64,000 nucleotides of DNA from Pristiophorus japonicus (Eukaryota). Each line of letters begins with the position of its first letter. Position 1 is the first letter of the stretch. Made by a program: the position numbers and the translations under genes. Shown piece after piece: positions 11,811 to 24,192 of the stretch. Below the pieces are notes generated by a model. It had not been told where the DNA came from and did not search any database. It saw only the letters and a list, made by a program, of their open reading frames with translations. The stretch is from NCBI RefSeq assembly GCF_044704955.1, contig NC_091994.1, forward strand, positions 24,800,001 to 24,864,000, given 5' to 3'.

Positions 11811-13769
11811 AAACATAAATGTCAAAATTTACAGCACAGTAATGACAATAAAGCATGAACAAATATGTGATTTTTGACAAGATGCAGATAGAAAGACACA
11901 ATTGTGCCTGATGGAGAGTTTATGACAAGATTATAGTACCTAAACACCAGACTATATCATGAGTTAGGTAACTGTATAAAGTGCCAAACACTTACCCATT
12001 TTAATAGATTAACAACACTGAAACAGAGTGTCTACATTTAATAATTGCATTTCACAGTAGATAAGACATTATGAAATAGGTCTGGTGGCAAAGCTAAGCT
12101 ATAAATAAAGAGATGCAGCCAAATTTCAAGAACCATGCGCTAAGATGGCATTTATATTTCTACACAAAAGAATTGTTTAACATTTTGCAGTTCGTACCCA
12201 GAAAATCCTGACTTCATTACATTTCTCTCCCAAAACAAAAATGAAAAAAAGAGACAGAAGATTCAACCAAATAATGCCACACCAATTCAACACTCTGGAT
12301 GCCACGTCATTTCTTTAATTTCCCCTGTAGAAGAAGATCATTATTCTGCAGGACAAGCTATTACAACATGAAAGCATTATACAACAGTGGCAGCCTCACA
12401 ATATCATCTGTATCTTAGTTGCGACATAAAACTCTACAGATTTTATACATAGAAAATGTGTATTACCACAGTGTGGACATTTTAATCTTTGGTTTCATTC
12501 ACAATAAACAGTTGCTGTTTATTGGTACTGTGTTACTCAAATAATAACAATACTAAAATACCCTTATATTCAAAAATCCACTGGACTCCTAGACAGTTAC
12601 GACAAATATAAATAAGGTCCTATAATATCAAATAGGGCAAAGTGTAAATCTTATGAAACGTGTATGTCCTCAGATTAAACTGTATGTAGAGCAGAGTCTG
12701 TGGCAATGTGTCAGGTCATTTACATTCACAGATGTAGCAGGTAATAACACACTGAAGTATAACAATTGAAGACCATACAGAATCATAGATAAATTTACAC
12801 CTGAAGACATCACTATTGATTGAAGCTCCAGAATTTTGAAAAATGTCTCAAACACTTTTAAATTCTTGATTATTATAATAATTTTTGAGCTGCAATTGGC
12901 TGACAATTGTGCATTATATATTCTATTTTAAGTGGACAATCTCCTGATATAAAATATTTGTCCAGAGTGTTCTACTCATAAATCATATTCTGTGGGGCAA
13001 ACTGTACAGAGTTTTGATAGTGTCATATAGGATCGAATGGGTGAATTCTAAATCCTGGAACCTGGCACTAACAAACTTAACTGTGATTGAATTTGGGATG
13101 ATTATTTTATCGTTAGGATGTACTTAATATCCTTATAATGATTAACATTTTATAATGGTATGTGCAAATTATTTTGTTGGGATGCATTAATGAACAGCTT
13201 GATGTTAATTAATGTTCATCGCAAAATGGTACAGGACAGACAGCAGGTTAAAATATAACTGACAATGCAGTTTATAACTTAGAATAAATAATACGTTTTC
13301 TTGTAAATGTTCCACAAGTCAACAGTGGGTACTTTCAGGCATCATACACTAGCCATAAAATGTCCTTGGAATGATAATGTATATTCTGTCACTAGGTCCC
13401 CAACATTGCACATTTTATTCTTATTATAGGTGATCAGTATTCCATACTGATTGTCCATCAAGGACATTATATTTGATACAGTAGTTAAATATCTGTTGGA
13501 TAACTTCCAAGTTGTTGTCATCTCCTTCTTATAATATTTAAGAATATATTTTCCATCACAGTATTTCTAATATTATAATTTAACTGTATTCAACTTTATA
13601 TGGGATTCCAATGACAAAATGTCAGAGAACTCATACTGCATGCAGTCCATAATCTTCCTGGTCACGCTGGAACAGCATACTTATTTACAGTTACAGAAAG
13701 GAGTAATGTGCATTGAGTCAAGATGGATAACAGGGTATGGTACTTTACTTTAAACATGCTCTGTAAACA

Positions 13770-14090
13770 GTCAGCCTGGGGTAGGGGAAGCCAAAGCTTT
13801 CTACCTATTTGAGGGTCTTCTGGTGCTGGATCCTCTTCCTGCTATCTTCACCTACCAGAAGACTTCAACGGCTTCCCCGCTCAGGCCACAGTTAAAATTG
13901 CAATCGGGGTCCTGATAACATCATCAGACCCTGATCTGCAGATTTGAAGAAGGACCCAACCAACTTCAGGCAAAGAACAGGCTAAAATAGAAGATGGTGG
14001 GATTGATGTGGGATATTTGTGGGTTAAATCTCCAGGCTGATTCTAACTGCCCGCTTTCCGATGCGCATGTAGGGTTAAAGTCACCCCTTA
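13770..14090. mobile_element. Degenerate MITE-like insertion within the putative 3'UTR
   Basis: GC-richer island ending gggttaaagtcacccctta, similar to the end aaaattacccctta at ~6230. Confidence 0.35.
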
Positions 14091-17000
14091 TATTTCTGGA
14101 TATTATAGGAATTAGCTGCTATGTATGAAATGATCAAAATGTCAACTTAAACCATTAAGTCAAAAATCAAACATTAATTTGCGAGTAATTTAGACAAAGT
14201 GCAATAAGCAGTGAGACATAGCACTCAGTTCAGGGGCAGTAGATACTGTGATATCGCTGCATCACCACTATTGGTGAAATCGCTAGGTTATGATTGAGCA
14301 TATCATTCACTGAGATTCACTGGATACTAGACTGGAAAGTGATTTGGAGTTTCAACAAATAGGAAAACCAGGTACCAGGATTTAGGATTCGGGTGCTTTA
14401 TTGTCAACCAATTCCAAGTCTTAAAGTGATTGTTATGTGGGATTGGTGGACTCCTACTCTCAGCCAGTCACAATCATTAATAATAATTTTAATCCGACCT
14501 GTGCATAGAAACTAGACTAGTATCTGTCTTTTGGTTATTTAAAACAGGTTTAGAACCGTCAAGTTAAATATGGTCATTCTGACAAATGTGCCTACAAAGC
14601 TGGGATAACACAATTTCACACATTGAATACATTCTCAAAACCAACATCATATATTCAGCTGCCAAAAAAATCTGGTTCTAATCACAGGCCCTAAGATCTA
14701 TCCTAGTTGGAATAGAATCTGCTTTTCAGCTTAAAATGTGCTGACTTGAAGATCGTTAGCATAATCGCTACTAATAACGATGATGGGTTGCTTAATGATG
14801 GATTGTTTCATGTGGGACATTATTTGACATCACTTGTTTTTCCTCCCACTTATGCACAGCTTTCTGAAATTTACAACACAATTCCACTTTCCTGTAGCGA
14901 CTGACATCTAACATTTAATGCCAGACTTTTGCAACCTGCAGCCATTTTTCATAACTGGAATGCAGAGGAAAGGTTTTGCTCCCAGTCGCTCAGGCATGTC
15001 AAGTTACAAATGTCACAGTGGGCTCATTTGCATTCTTACAAATATATACTAGTCCACCATCTGGGAGTTTCGTGTGACCCAACATACAAGCACCTATGTT
15101 CACTAAACCAGGATCCTTATGAAATTACAACACTGCGTCTATGATATTGGGGACCAAAAGAACAATGGATAGGTGAGTCGAATCCCCTGTGACACTTATT
15201 TATAACTACACACATGAAAGTGTCATAGGAGCCAGAAAATTGCCTCACATTGTGTTATGGGCAGAAAATTGTAGACAGCAGGCATGATTAATTCACCATC
15301 TTCACTGTAGAGTTATCTGCTCATTAGCATTAGGTTTTTTGCTTTACATTTTCCTTTGTCCAACAATTGTTCCACACAAAACCCATTATGTTAACTAGAA
15401 GCAGAATTACTGAACTCAAATAAAACAGTCTAATACCAGGAGGCAAACTAATATACATAGATGCGACTAGCAGTGAGTTATTACATCTGTTTAATGTATG
15501 AAGCTAGTGTGGAATTAGAATTTGAGACAGTTGCATCAACCTGATCAATACAATTGTTTTCAGTTTATATTAATACAATGTGGATAAAATCCAACTGCCA
15601 CTATCTAACTCTAGCTGGCTCATTTAATTAAATAGAAGCAGGGACTTAAATAACATTCAGTTCAACGAAGTGCCTCACACTTCCAGTGTTTTTCTCCTTG
15701 CTGTTGTTCTTTTGTTTTTCTTTGCGGTTAGCACTTACTTTATTTCCTTTTTTTTCTATTTCATAGGGGCAATAAGCTTTCATTAGTCATAATACTTGAA
15801 AAATACAAGACCACTTGACTCTATTTAAGGAAATATTGCAATTATACGTTTCCCCTTTTCCCATCACTTTCTTAACCCGCTGTTCTACGGAATAATTGAG
15901 AGTTTTGCTGAAAATTAAACATTGGAGAGAAAGTCTGTCTCTTGGGCACAGTAACATAAAACACGTAAAATCATTTTTTGTTGGCTTATCAAAATTAGAA
16001 TGCCAGCTCCAGTTATTAATTATATTTGTGAACTTTTTATAATATGCGTGCTTGACTTGGAGAAAATACTAGTCTGAAAAAGTCTTACAATGTCTATGCT
16101 GATTGTCTCTTTACTAACACAAAAGACACTTACTTTGATTCAATGTATATCTCCATGAGATAAAAAAGCAACTACTTTGAAAAATTTGACTAAAAGGGAT
16201 TTTTTTAAAATGTTTTGTCTAGACTGTATTGTCAAGATCACTATTTGTTCAAGCTTCTTTTTTTCTTTTTTTTTTAATTTTAACACAGAATCATGGACAT
16301 CTTTTCTCACTTGCTATCCTCCTATCTGCACTCTACAGCTGGCCCTGTGCAGCTATATGGAATAACCCCCCCCAAAAGCTGGTTTGGGCTATCCCTTTAT
16401 GTTTAACCATAGGCACAGCTAACACCACCTGCAGTTAATGCACAAACTCAGCACTTCAGCTTCTCAATTCAGGTCAGAGTGTCATCACAACACAATATAT
16501 ACAAAATTCTTCCACAATATGCAACAAATAACAGTTTCCATGCATAACTCCTATTCAAAATGAAATCTGGTATTAAAATCAATCATTGTCCAATACTAAC
16601 CATACATTAGCTCTATAAAGAGTACATATTCATGCATAAATCATAAGTCCAGTTTATCTGTTTTTTTTTTAGTTACAGCTGAACACATAACACTTATAAA
16701 TACTGTATTAAGACATGACTCTGAAAGAAACACATCTGAACATAAAATCACCTCAAAGGACTGTAAAAGTATGAAAAGTGTAAACTCCGGGGTCCTTTAT
16801 CAACCAGCATCAGCTTTCTAATTCATTGCCATAACATTCATATGTCTTCCATGAACGCATCAAAGTATACATGCCACCTTCTGCAAAATTATAATTTAAC
16901 AGTATAAAGCTTCAAGTCACAATTTCCAAAACTAGCTAGTATTTTATCACATAAACTATACATTAATAGTTGAGGTATTTCTGAGAAATTGTCAAAAGCT

Positions 17001-18583
17001 TGCACGGTCTGTGTCACAGGTCCACCCGCAGTAATGGGAGCTTTGGTATATTCTTAAAACACTTTGGTATTTGTAAAGCCAATCACGTATCACCAGAATT
17101 TTAGTGCACACGTTCTGTGTCAGAGTTGAAATGAAGATGGGTGACAATGAGTTTATATGTGGGTAAACGAGAAGGTTTGCTTTGCTAGTACAGTCAATCC
17201 CTCTTGAATGGTATGCTGACTAAAAATGATTGTACTTGCTTTTCAGTCAATTTATTTTAACAGGGGATTGTCACTGAAATATTACTATTACTTTATAGAA
17301 AGTGATCTGTTATATTATTAACTAAATATAAAATAGAGAGAGGACACTCAATGGAAAGTGGAGTTTATTCCACAAATGAGAAAAGCTTAATAACCCAGAA
17401 TTGATTTAAGCCGCGAGTGCATTATTAAAATCTGCCTCGGGCTAGGGTTTGTTACACATAGAAACACTGTATAATGTATAGAGTACTTATACGCTATGTC
17501 AAATAATATGCTAGAGATGTTCTTGTCCTGTTCCAGGCTGTTGTAGTTCAAATTACTATGGGCAGGGTGGTTCTCGGTGCGGTTAGGATGTTGTGACCCT
17601 CTGCATTGAATTGTTTGACAAGAAACTACAATATGAGCTATTCTTCAGCAATGGTTCATCAGTACATAATCCTTGCTGAGACTAAGTTCATTTATTTATT
17701 GTTTTTATTTTCATACATGCAATATAGAAAGTATGTTTAATCTCAGATTGACCTAGGTGCTGTTATGGTAGGACAGAGCATGATACAAAATGTAACTACA
17801 TGTCATTTGAGTCTCACACAGTGAAATACATAACCTAAGCAACAGTATTCAGCTTTGCCGGAATATACAGAAGTTGATAGTAACAAGGAATGGTTCAATG
17901 GAAAGAAAATGCATTTTTTTCCCAGTTTGCTTTCATCCAGGAGAATCATTCACTTCACTGAGATCCTCTACACATATCCCTAAGCTCCCTGGATTCAGTG
18001 GGATTTTCCAGAATAGCATTTTTTTCAACCCTTAGCTTAATGTGAATCCATGGTTATTTAATCTAAATGCTATTATTCCCAAAAGGTTCTGAAGACCTTT
18101 ATTTTTAAACATCATGAACCATAGCCACAACCAAGGAGATGCGAGGTGTATGGGGAAAATGAGAGGATGAATCCGCTTTTCCCAATTGTTTTAGACATAG
18201 GTTATATTCCTCCCACTCTCTCCATGCTCCAAATCCCAGAATTGCCTTTAATGTCGCGTCCCCCCCCCAAACTCATTATATACTTGGTTACGCCGCTGCC
18301 ATGAATGTCTATTTTAAAGCATAATGTTTTAAAATGTAGATGAGTAAAATTCATAAATTAAATAAATAAATACATACATACATACATAAAACAGAAGGTT
18401 TACACTATGCCTTTTGCAACTATGCAAATATCAATTACATTTCTGGAGAGATTACTCACACACACCTTCCCAGACTCACAAGCTTCTGTTGTAAATAAAA
18501 AGCAAAACATGTGCACTAATATCATGTATCATCAGGGGCTGTAACTATCATTCAGGCAACCAAGGCAATTGTCTGGGGCAGAT

Positions 18584-19954
18584 TTTGGCAACATAACTTG
18601 GATAACCCCACCTGTCAGATTGAATTTAAGGGCAACACTGCTCCCTCTTCCCAATTGTCTCAGTAAAATGAGTTATGCCCCTGATTACTTCACAATGTAG
18701 GTACGACAGTGAAAGGCTGAGCAGAAAACTCTGTTTCTAAAACTGAGGCTTTCACAAGTTTCAAAGCACAGAGGTCTACAAATAGTCATCGCTTTGGTTC
18801 AAGCAAGGCACTCGTCTTGTGGTCACGCTCTGCTAGTAGTCTCCTGCATCACTGTAAAAGGTTTGAAGAATTTGTATCAGGGTATGTTTGCAATTTACAG
18901 GGCTGAGAGGCTGAGTGCGGGAGAAGTTACAAAACGCAGATCGTGCAAGGAAATCTTTGGTATCAGACGTGATTTTAAAATCACAATTGAAATTCAGTGA
19001 GGTAGCCTCTTTGGTTCTCACTATAAATGTCTCTACAAAGTTCACAACTGGAAGCCTTTTTGCTTCCTACTTAATACTACTAGATTTGGTTAAAGAATCA
19101 AGCTTTACCACATCACAACAAGACAGAAACAACATTAGAGGAGTTTTAGCGAAAAAACGATCAGACATTCCATCTGTGCCTCTTCAATAGTACCTTAATA
19201 TTCATTTTTAACAATGTACTATTCATCATAATGTTATTACTTTTACATACCAAAAGCTTGATTATTTTTTGGTTCTTTTCTTTTGTGAATCTGGTAAGAT
19301 GTTTGTTTAATATACTAGTGTGTAATTTCGTCTTCATCAACAAGGTGCCTAACTCTCACAGCAAAGCAAATCAGTTCATTGAAAAAGAACCTTATCATTA
19401 GATGGTACTATACCCGCATTTTTTTTAATTCAGTTTCCAGTGATGTCATGCCTCATTAGGTAGCACGAGACATTTAAAAAAGGATTTTTTTTCGTGGAAA
19501 AATTCTCTGTTTTTGGTATTGTATATGGCACAAGTCATCTTGTAGGTATTGCAACAACAAGTCATGTAGTACCATCGTATGTGATTATTATTAAGGCAGC
19601 TGTTGCTATTGGCACAAGTTTTCCTCTCTCTTCGTTTCTGCAACTAGCCATTGAGTGACAAATCTTTTTCGATCTTTATTTTTGTTTTGGAGGGGTGGGG
19701 GCGGGGGGGGGGGGGGAAGAGTTGTTTTGGGTTCCAAATCCAAACCGTGTACAAGTTTGTGTCTTTTTATCTTCTTTGGTAATAGAGACATTTAGGAAAT
19801 AAATTCCATCCAGACTTAAATATCAACAAACACTTTTTTTTTAATATATTTAGTCTATGACTAGGTCATTTCCTCATACAGGCTATTCTACAATGACCTT
19901 TATAGTGCGAGAGTTTGTCATGAAAATTACCCGAATATGTACTTTTATGTGCTT
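18584..19954 (-). promoter_or_regulatory. Cluster of miRNA seed-match sites in the proximal 3'UTR
   Basis: Plus-strand complements: miR-9 8mer TCTTTGGT at 18954, 19008, 19773; let-7 8mer TGAGGTAG 18998; miR-183 8mer TATGGCAC 19524; miR-96 7mer TTGGCAC 19609; miR-182 8mer TTTGGCAA 18584; miR-124 AAGGCAC 18805 and TAAGGCA 19592; miR-218 TGTGCTT 19948. Confidence 0.6.
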
Positions 19955-20188
19955 CCAGACCCGCATCAACAGCCAGCGACACAGTGCAACTTATCTCCCG
20001 ACCAGCTCCTTTATAACCCTGCCGTGGAGCAAGGTGTACACGTGTCTCCGATTTGATTTTCTTTGGAATTTATTTATTTTAAAAATCGTGTCTTTATTTG
20101 GTTTAAAGCCTTTTTTTTTGGTTTTGGTTTTGTCTTAATTCCAGAGTGCAGTAGCAGGCACGACTGCTTGCCTACTATTCCCTCTGGG

Positions 20189-20481
20189 TCATGCTTTGGT
20201 AAAAGTGCTTGCAGCTGTCGCTGGTGGCCCGGGGGTGGTAGATGGCTCGTCCAGCCATCTGTCCATGCTGCGTCTGCGGGCGTTCATGAAGAAGTTGCTG
20301 ACCGTGTTGAGCTCCAACCCCAGCTGCTGGGAAATGGTAATCTGCATTTCTTTGGATGGCCGTTTGTTTTCCTTGAATATGGCAATCAGGGTGCGGCGCT
20401 GGAGATCAGTGAAGACAAGCCGCTGTTTTTTGGGCGCGGTGGCTCGGTCCCGGTTTTGCTCTTGCTCTTTACGCTTGCAAG
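20189..20481 (-). CDS. ONECUT3: Terminal coding exon of ONECUT homeobox gene (homeodomain + C-terminus), most like ONECUT3
   Basis: Translates to (A)CKRKEQEQNRDRATAPKKQRLVFTDLQRRTLIAIFKENKRPSKEMQITISQQLGLELNTVSNFFMNARRRSMDRWLDEPSTTPGPPATAASTFTKA*. It has the ONECUT-specific F48/M50 helix 3 (NFFMNARRR). KKQRL, TLIAIF, LELNTV, EPST and TFxKA match ONECUT3 rather than ONECUT1/2 (which end TCTKA). Phase-1 acceptor ...ttttttctcttccag|CT TGC at 20482/20481; TGA at 20189-20191. Confidence 0.93.
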
Positions 20482-20525
20482 CTGGAAGAGAAAAAAACAT
20501 AGAGGGGAGAAAAAAAAAACACAAA
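20482..20525 (-). promoter_or_regulatory. Polypyrimidine tract and 3' splice acceptor of the ONECUT intron
   Basis: Minus strand reads gtgttttttttttctcccctctatgtttttttctcttccag immediately before the conserved ACKRKEQE exon start. Confidence 0.9.
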
Positions 20526-20659
20526 AGATTTTAAATGAAATCACAATGATCAGAGCGATACATTGAGGCTGTGGATCAGAGGCCAGTCGGATACTAGTTA
20601 TTCCAACTGGAAGTAAACTCATTATGAGGGTCTCCTGCATCACCTGGGAGGAAGGTCAC

Positions 20660-20945
20660 ATAAAAACAGAAGGATTAGGAGCAGAAGTAGGCCCATTCGG
20701 CCCCTCGAGCCTGCTCCGCCATTCAGTAAAATCATGGCTGATCCTCTACCTCAAATCCACTTTCCCGCCCGATCCCCATATCCCTTGATTCCCTTAGTAT
20801 CCAAAAATCTATCGACCTCAGTCTTGAATATATTTAATGACTGAGCATCCGCATCTCTCTGGGGTAGAGAATTCCAAAGATTCCCAACCCTCTGAGTGAA
20901 GAAACCTCTCCTCATCTCAGTCCTATATGGGCAACTTCTTATCCT
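20660..20945 (-). mobile_element. CR1 3' fragment
   Basis: ORF 20751-21017: RTEMRRGFFTQRVGNLWNSLPQR...SLNIFKTEVDRFL; CR1 3' UTR. Confidence 0.88.
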
Positions 20946-20969
20946 GTTACTTGTTACTAATTTACTATT

Positions 20970-21713
20970 CATTGAACTGGATTTTGCATGAATAGCAGTG
21001 AGGCGAACAGCGCTCACCGTTATTTACGTGCAAATCGGACGGCATCTCCGGCGACCGCACATGTGCAGTTGTACGTGGAAATCCAGAAGTTCCTGTGCCC
21101 TGCTCCTCCAAAAGCTGTGCAAAAAAAGGCATCTCATTGTCTGGCTCACCATTCAAATACATTGAACGGAATGACTTTGCTGTACTTACCTCATAGATAC
21201 AGACTAAACTCACTAAAAAAGTTAGGGCTTGTCCATTCCAGTCTAATTATCCTTTTAATGAAGTGGTAAGTCTTAATTGTTGCCAACCAACCTCTCTGGC
21301 ACTGAAAATTAACTTTTACAAGTGTGGCGTCCCATTCCTCTAGATATTAGTTATTGCTGGAGATTTTTTTTAAATTGTAAAAAAACTAAAACTTTTTCGG
21401 TCTCTTTTATCTCTCTCTCTTAATCCAATCTTTTCTTGCCTATTTATTTTGTTTTCTGTACCTAATTTGACTTTCCAACTTACACGTCCTGGTTCAGACT
21501 CTGCGCTGCTCAGTAAGGATTCTTCAATCGGATTGGTTAAGGACACACACAGTTGCTTGTCCTGTTCACAAAGTTCGCGGATGACCTGTAGAGGGCACTA
21601 TGCTCTTTGGATGGTTTGGCTGACAGGAACTTGCCGTGCAAAAGGCCATAGAAAATCTATGGGAAAGTGCAAATCTAATGAACTCATTCGCCACTCAGAG
21701 CAAAATCTGGCTG
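20970..21713. mobile_element. Non-autonomous TIR element (Harbinger-like MITE family A)
   Basis: Ends aactggattttgc / gcaaaatctggct. The internal block (aagttagggcttgtccattc...cctctctggcactgaaaattaacttttacaagtgtgg) is shared with 35845-36380 and, inverted, with 45345-46110. Confidence 0.65.
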
Positions 21714-22027
21714 ATTATGTTGAGCATTTGATAAGACTTGTGATATCATTCAGGCCCTCCCCAGTGAAATATGTGATACAGTTCAAGCCCTTCCCAGTGA
21801 AATATAAAACACACTTATTCTGTAGGTTATCACAGGTTTCCAAGTTTTCTTTGCAAATAAGACACTCAAGAACAATGCTGAATGATGGACTTCCTATATT
21901 ATTCCCGGTCCTAGAAATTTGGCCCATCAATTTCTCCTTCAATATAGTCTGTCTTTGCCTTTACTGAAGAACCTTCATAAATCAACTTCACAGAACTCCT
22001 CAACAATGACAACCTTCACAGTATCAA

Positions 22028-22235
22028 CAGAAAATGCTGGAAATCTCAGTGGGTCAGGCAGCATCTATGGAGAGAAGCTGAGTTAACGTTTCGGGTCTGT
22101 GACACCTTGTCAGAACCGAAACGTCATCGACCCGAAACGGTAACTCTGTTTCTCTCCAAAGATGCTGCCTGACCCACTGATATGTCCAGCATTTTCTGCT
22201 TTTATTTCAGATTCCAGCATCAGCATATTTTGCTC
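22028..22235. repeat. Palindromic Penelope-type terminal-repeat element
   Basis: ~70-bp arms 22028-22097 and 22129-22198 are near-complementary; tail ttttatttcagattccagcatc. Confidence 0.7.
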
Positions 22236-23627
22236 TTGCTTCACAGCATCAAGGTGCTTTAGTATTCGATTAAGCCTGTCGCTGGACCCTGCTTTCCACA
22301 ATATCTTACTGATATTTGTGACTTAAAAAAAAACTATCTGGGGTTCTGTTTTAAGCCATGTAAACATTTACATTGCAGTTACAGTAAATGATCTTGAACT
22401 GGTGTGCAGTGAAGCTAGCCAGAAGCAGAAGTTATACTCTGCATTGCGACTTGCATCCTGCCCACCAGGAGATAACTCTGTGCTTGCGTGCTTACATGTA
22501 TGCACAGAAACTCATTTCCTTGATGATTGTTTCTTAATGTTAGAAGATGAGGGAGGCAGCAATGACTTCCAAGTCGTGTTAAAAACACTCAATACTCAAT
22601 TTATACAGTGCTCAAGAAATCCAGGCATGAGCACTTTTTAAATCCAGTTTCTCACTATACTGGAGTGACATTCCACCTGGTAAGAAGCCCACGCTCTAGG
22701 AAATGGTTTTCCGTAGAGGATCTCATTCTACTGGCTTTCATCAGGGGTCAGCAAAGGAGCTAATCCCAAGTTATAAAGCTACTTTCATATCAATGGACTC
22801 TTGAAACCACTTTGTATAAGTACTGAAATGGAAATATCGCTGTAACCAAGAAGAAAAAAAAAACTGCAGGAAGTGAAAGAAAGCTACGACTCAAGAAAAA
22901 AAGATCAGAAAACTGAATAAAATAAAACAGTCATGGCATAAAAAAAAATTGGAGTCAAATTAAAAAGATAAGTGGGTATTAGCAAACCTGCATTTACCGG
23001 GACAGAAAAGGTGAGCTTTATTCTAACTGTTCACCTTCTGCTGGCCCCGATCCCCATCTACATTGTCCATGATTCTGTGGCCCTTAAATGTTCCGCTTGT
23101 GTTCAATGAGAAAGTTAACTATTTTAGATCCATCGAAAGCAGGGTGTGAACTATCCTGTCATACTCATTGATTGTATTAATTTCAAGTCAATGGTCAGGT
23201 TGTTTTGCTCTGTACCAAGAGCTGCATTGTAAATTTACATACAAGAGCTGAAATTACTCTGTTAATTTGTAAGAAACATATTAGTGCATTTCTATGAAAT
23301 TTTGCTAAGCGCCAGTATGATGAATCAGTAAACTATTAAAAATAAAGCCAGAATATTCAATCATTTTTTGCTGCTAAAATTTTTGAATTGTCCAGTAATT
23401 TGAATTTGAATTCAGTGACTTCAAATGATCAGAGTAGACTGTAAATGGATTAACAAATGTGTTAAAACAGTGCACACAGTTTTTCCAGAGAATGCAATAT
23501 ACATTTCTCACAAATGTCGCTAAAGTAATTTCAAGCCCATTGCTGTCAAAAGAATGACTCTTGTAACTCAACATTACCCATTCTTAGCATGTGCACCCAA
23601 TACTTTCAGTTAGGCCAAACTTATGAA

Positions 23628-23921
23628 CTGGGAAATATGCTTTATCAAAAACCCTGATTTCCATTAATATTAGACACGCCTCTTTGGGCCACATTGATTC
23701 GAGAGACATGTTACCATATTGGGGCATTAGTTCGGTCCCAAGAACAGCCTGCTCAGAAAAGCTCATTGCCTTATTGCCCATAGGAAAAAGCTTCTGACAC
23801 AGAAAACACATTTTCCGTGACAGGATCATTACAATCATTTTTAATTGTAAATATTTACTAAAGATATAGCCATGTCTAATATTAATGGAAATCAGGGTTT
23901 TTGATAAAGCATATTTCCCAG
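23628..23921. repeat. Perfect 49-bp inverted repeat with 196-bp spacer
   Basis: ctgggaaatatgctttatcaaaaaccctgatttccattaatattagaca (23628-23676) is the exact reverse complement of 23873-23921. Confidence 0.95.
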
Positions 23922-24192
23922 ATCATGTGGATTACCTGTTGTTACCTCAGTTCTTATTGAAATAGGGGAAAAATGACATAGTGTGAACAAATAGCACACC
24001 ACATCATTGCACCTCCTCAATGTGCAGTACGAGTCTCCAATATTTTCATGAAAATAAAAGATTTCTGTTTTGATCATTCATAACCATTGTGTAAATTATT
24101 AGATTAAATATAAACAGACCATTTATATATGTAAGACATATAACAATTACAAGACATGTTTAATTGTTGGAGCTGATTCTCCCGTGTGCTGG

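Larger units (their letters stand above)
11785..20188 (-). other. Putative long 3'UTR of ONECUT3 (~8.4 kb)
   Basis: AT-rich, almost repeat-free block following the stop codon, with many miRNA seed matches. It ends near a candidate AATAAA (plus-strand TTTATT 11805-11810); SINE/LINE density resumes below ~11450. Confidence 0.55.

Noticed and set aside
20482-20524. N-terminal MCFFFLPSMFFSLP of ORF 20189-20524
   Set aside because: This is the translated polypyrimidine tract; the real exon starts at the AG acceptor (20481).
20063-20566. Plus-strand ORFs (167 aa and 112 aa) overlapping the homeobox exon
   Set aside because: Antisense shadows of a GC-rich conserved exon with no recognisable domain.
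22402-22641. ORF containing SALRLA, identical to the end of ONECUT exon 1
   Set aside because: Wrong strand, no preceding CUT-domain sequence and no donor after it; a chance 6-aa match.
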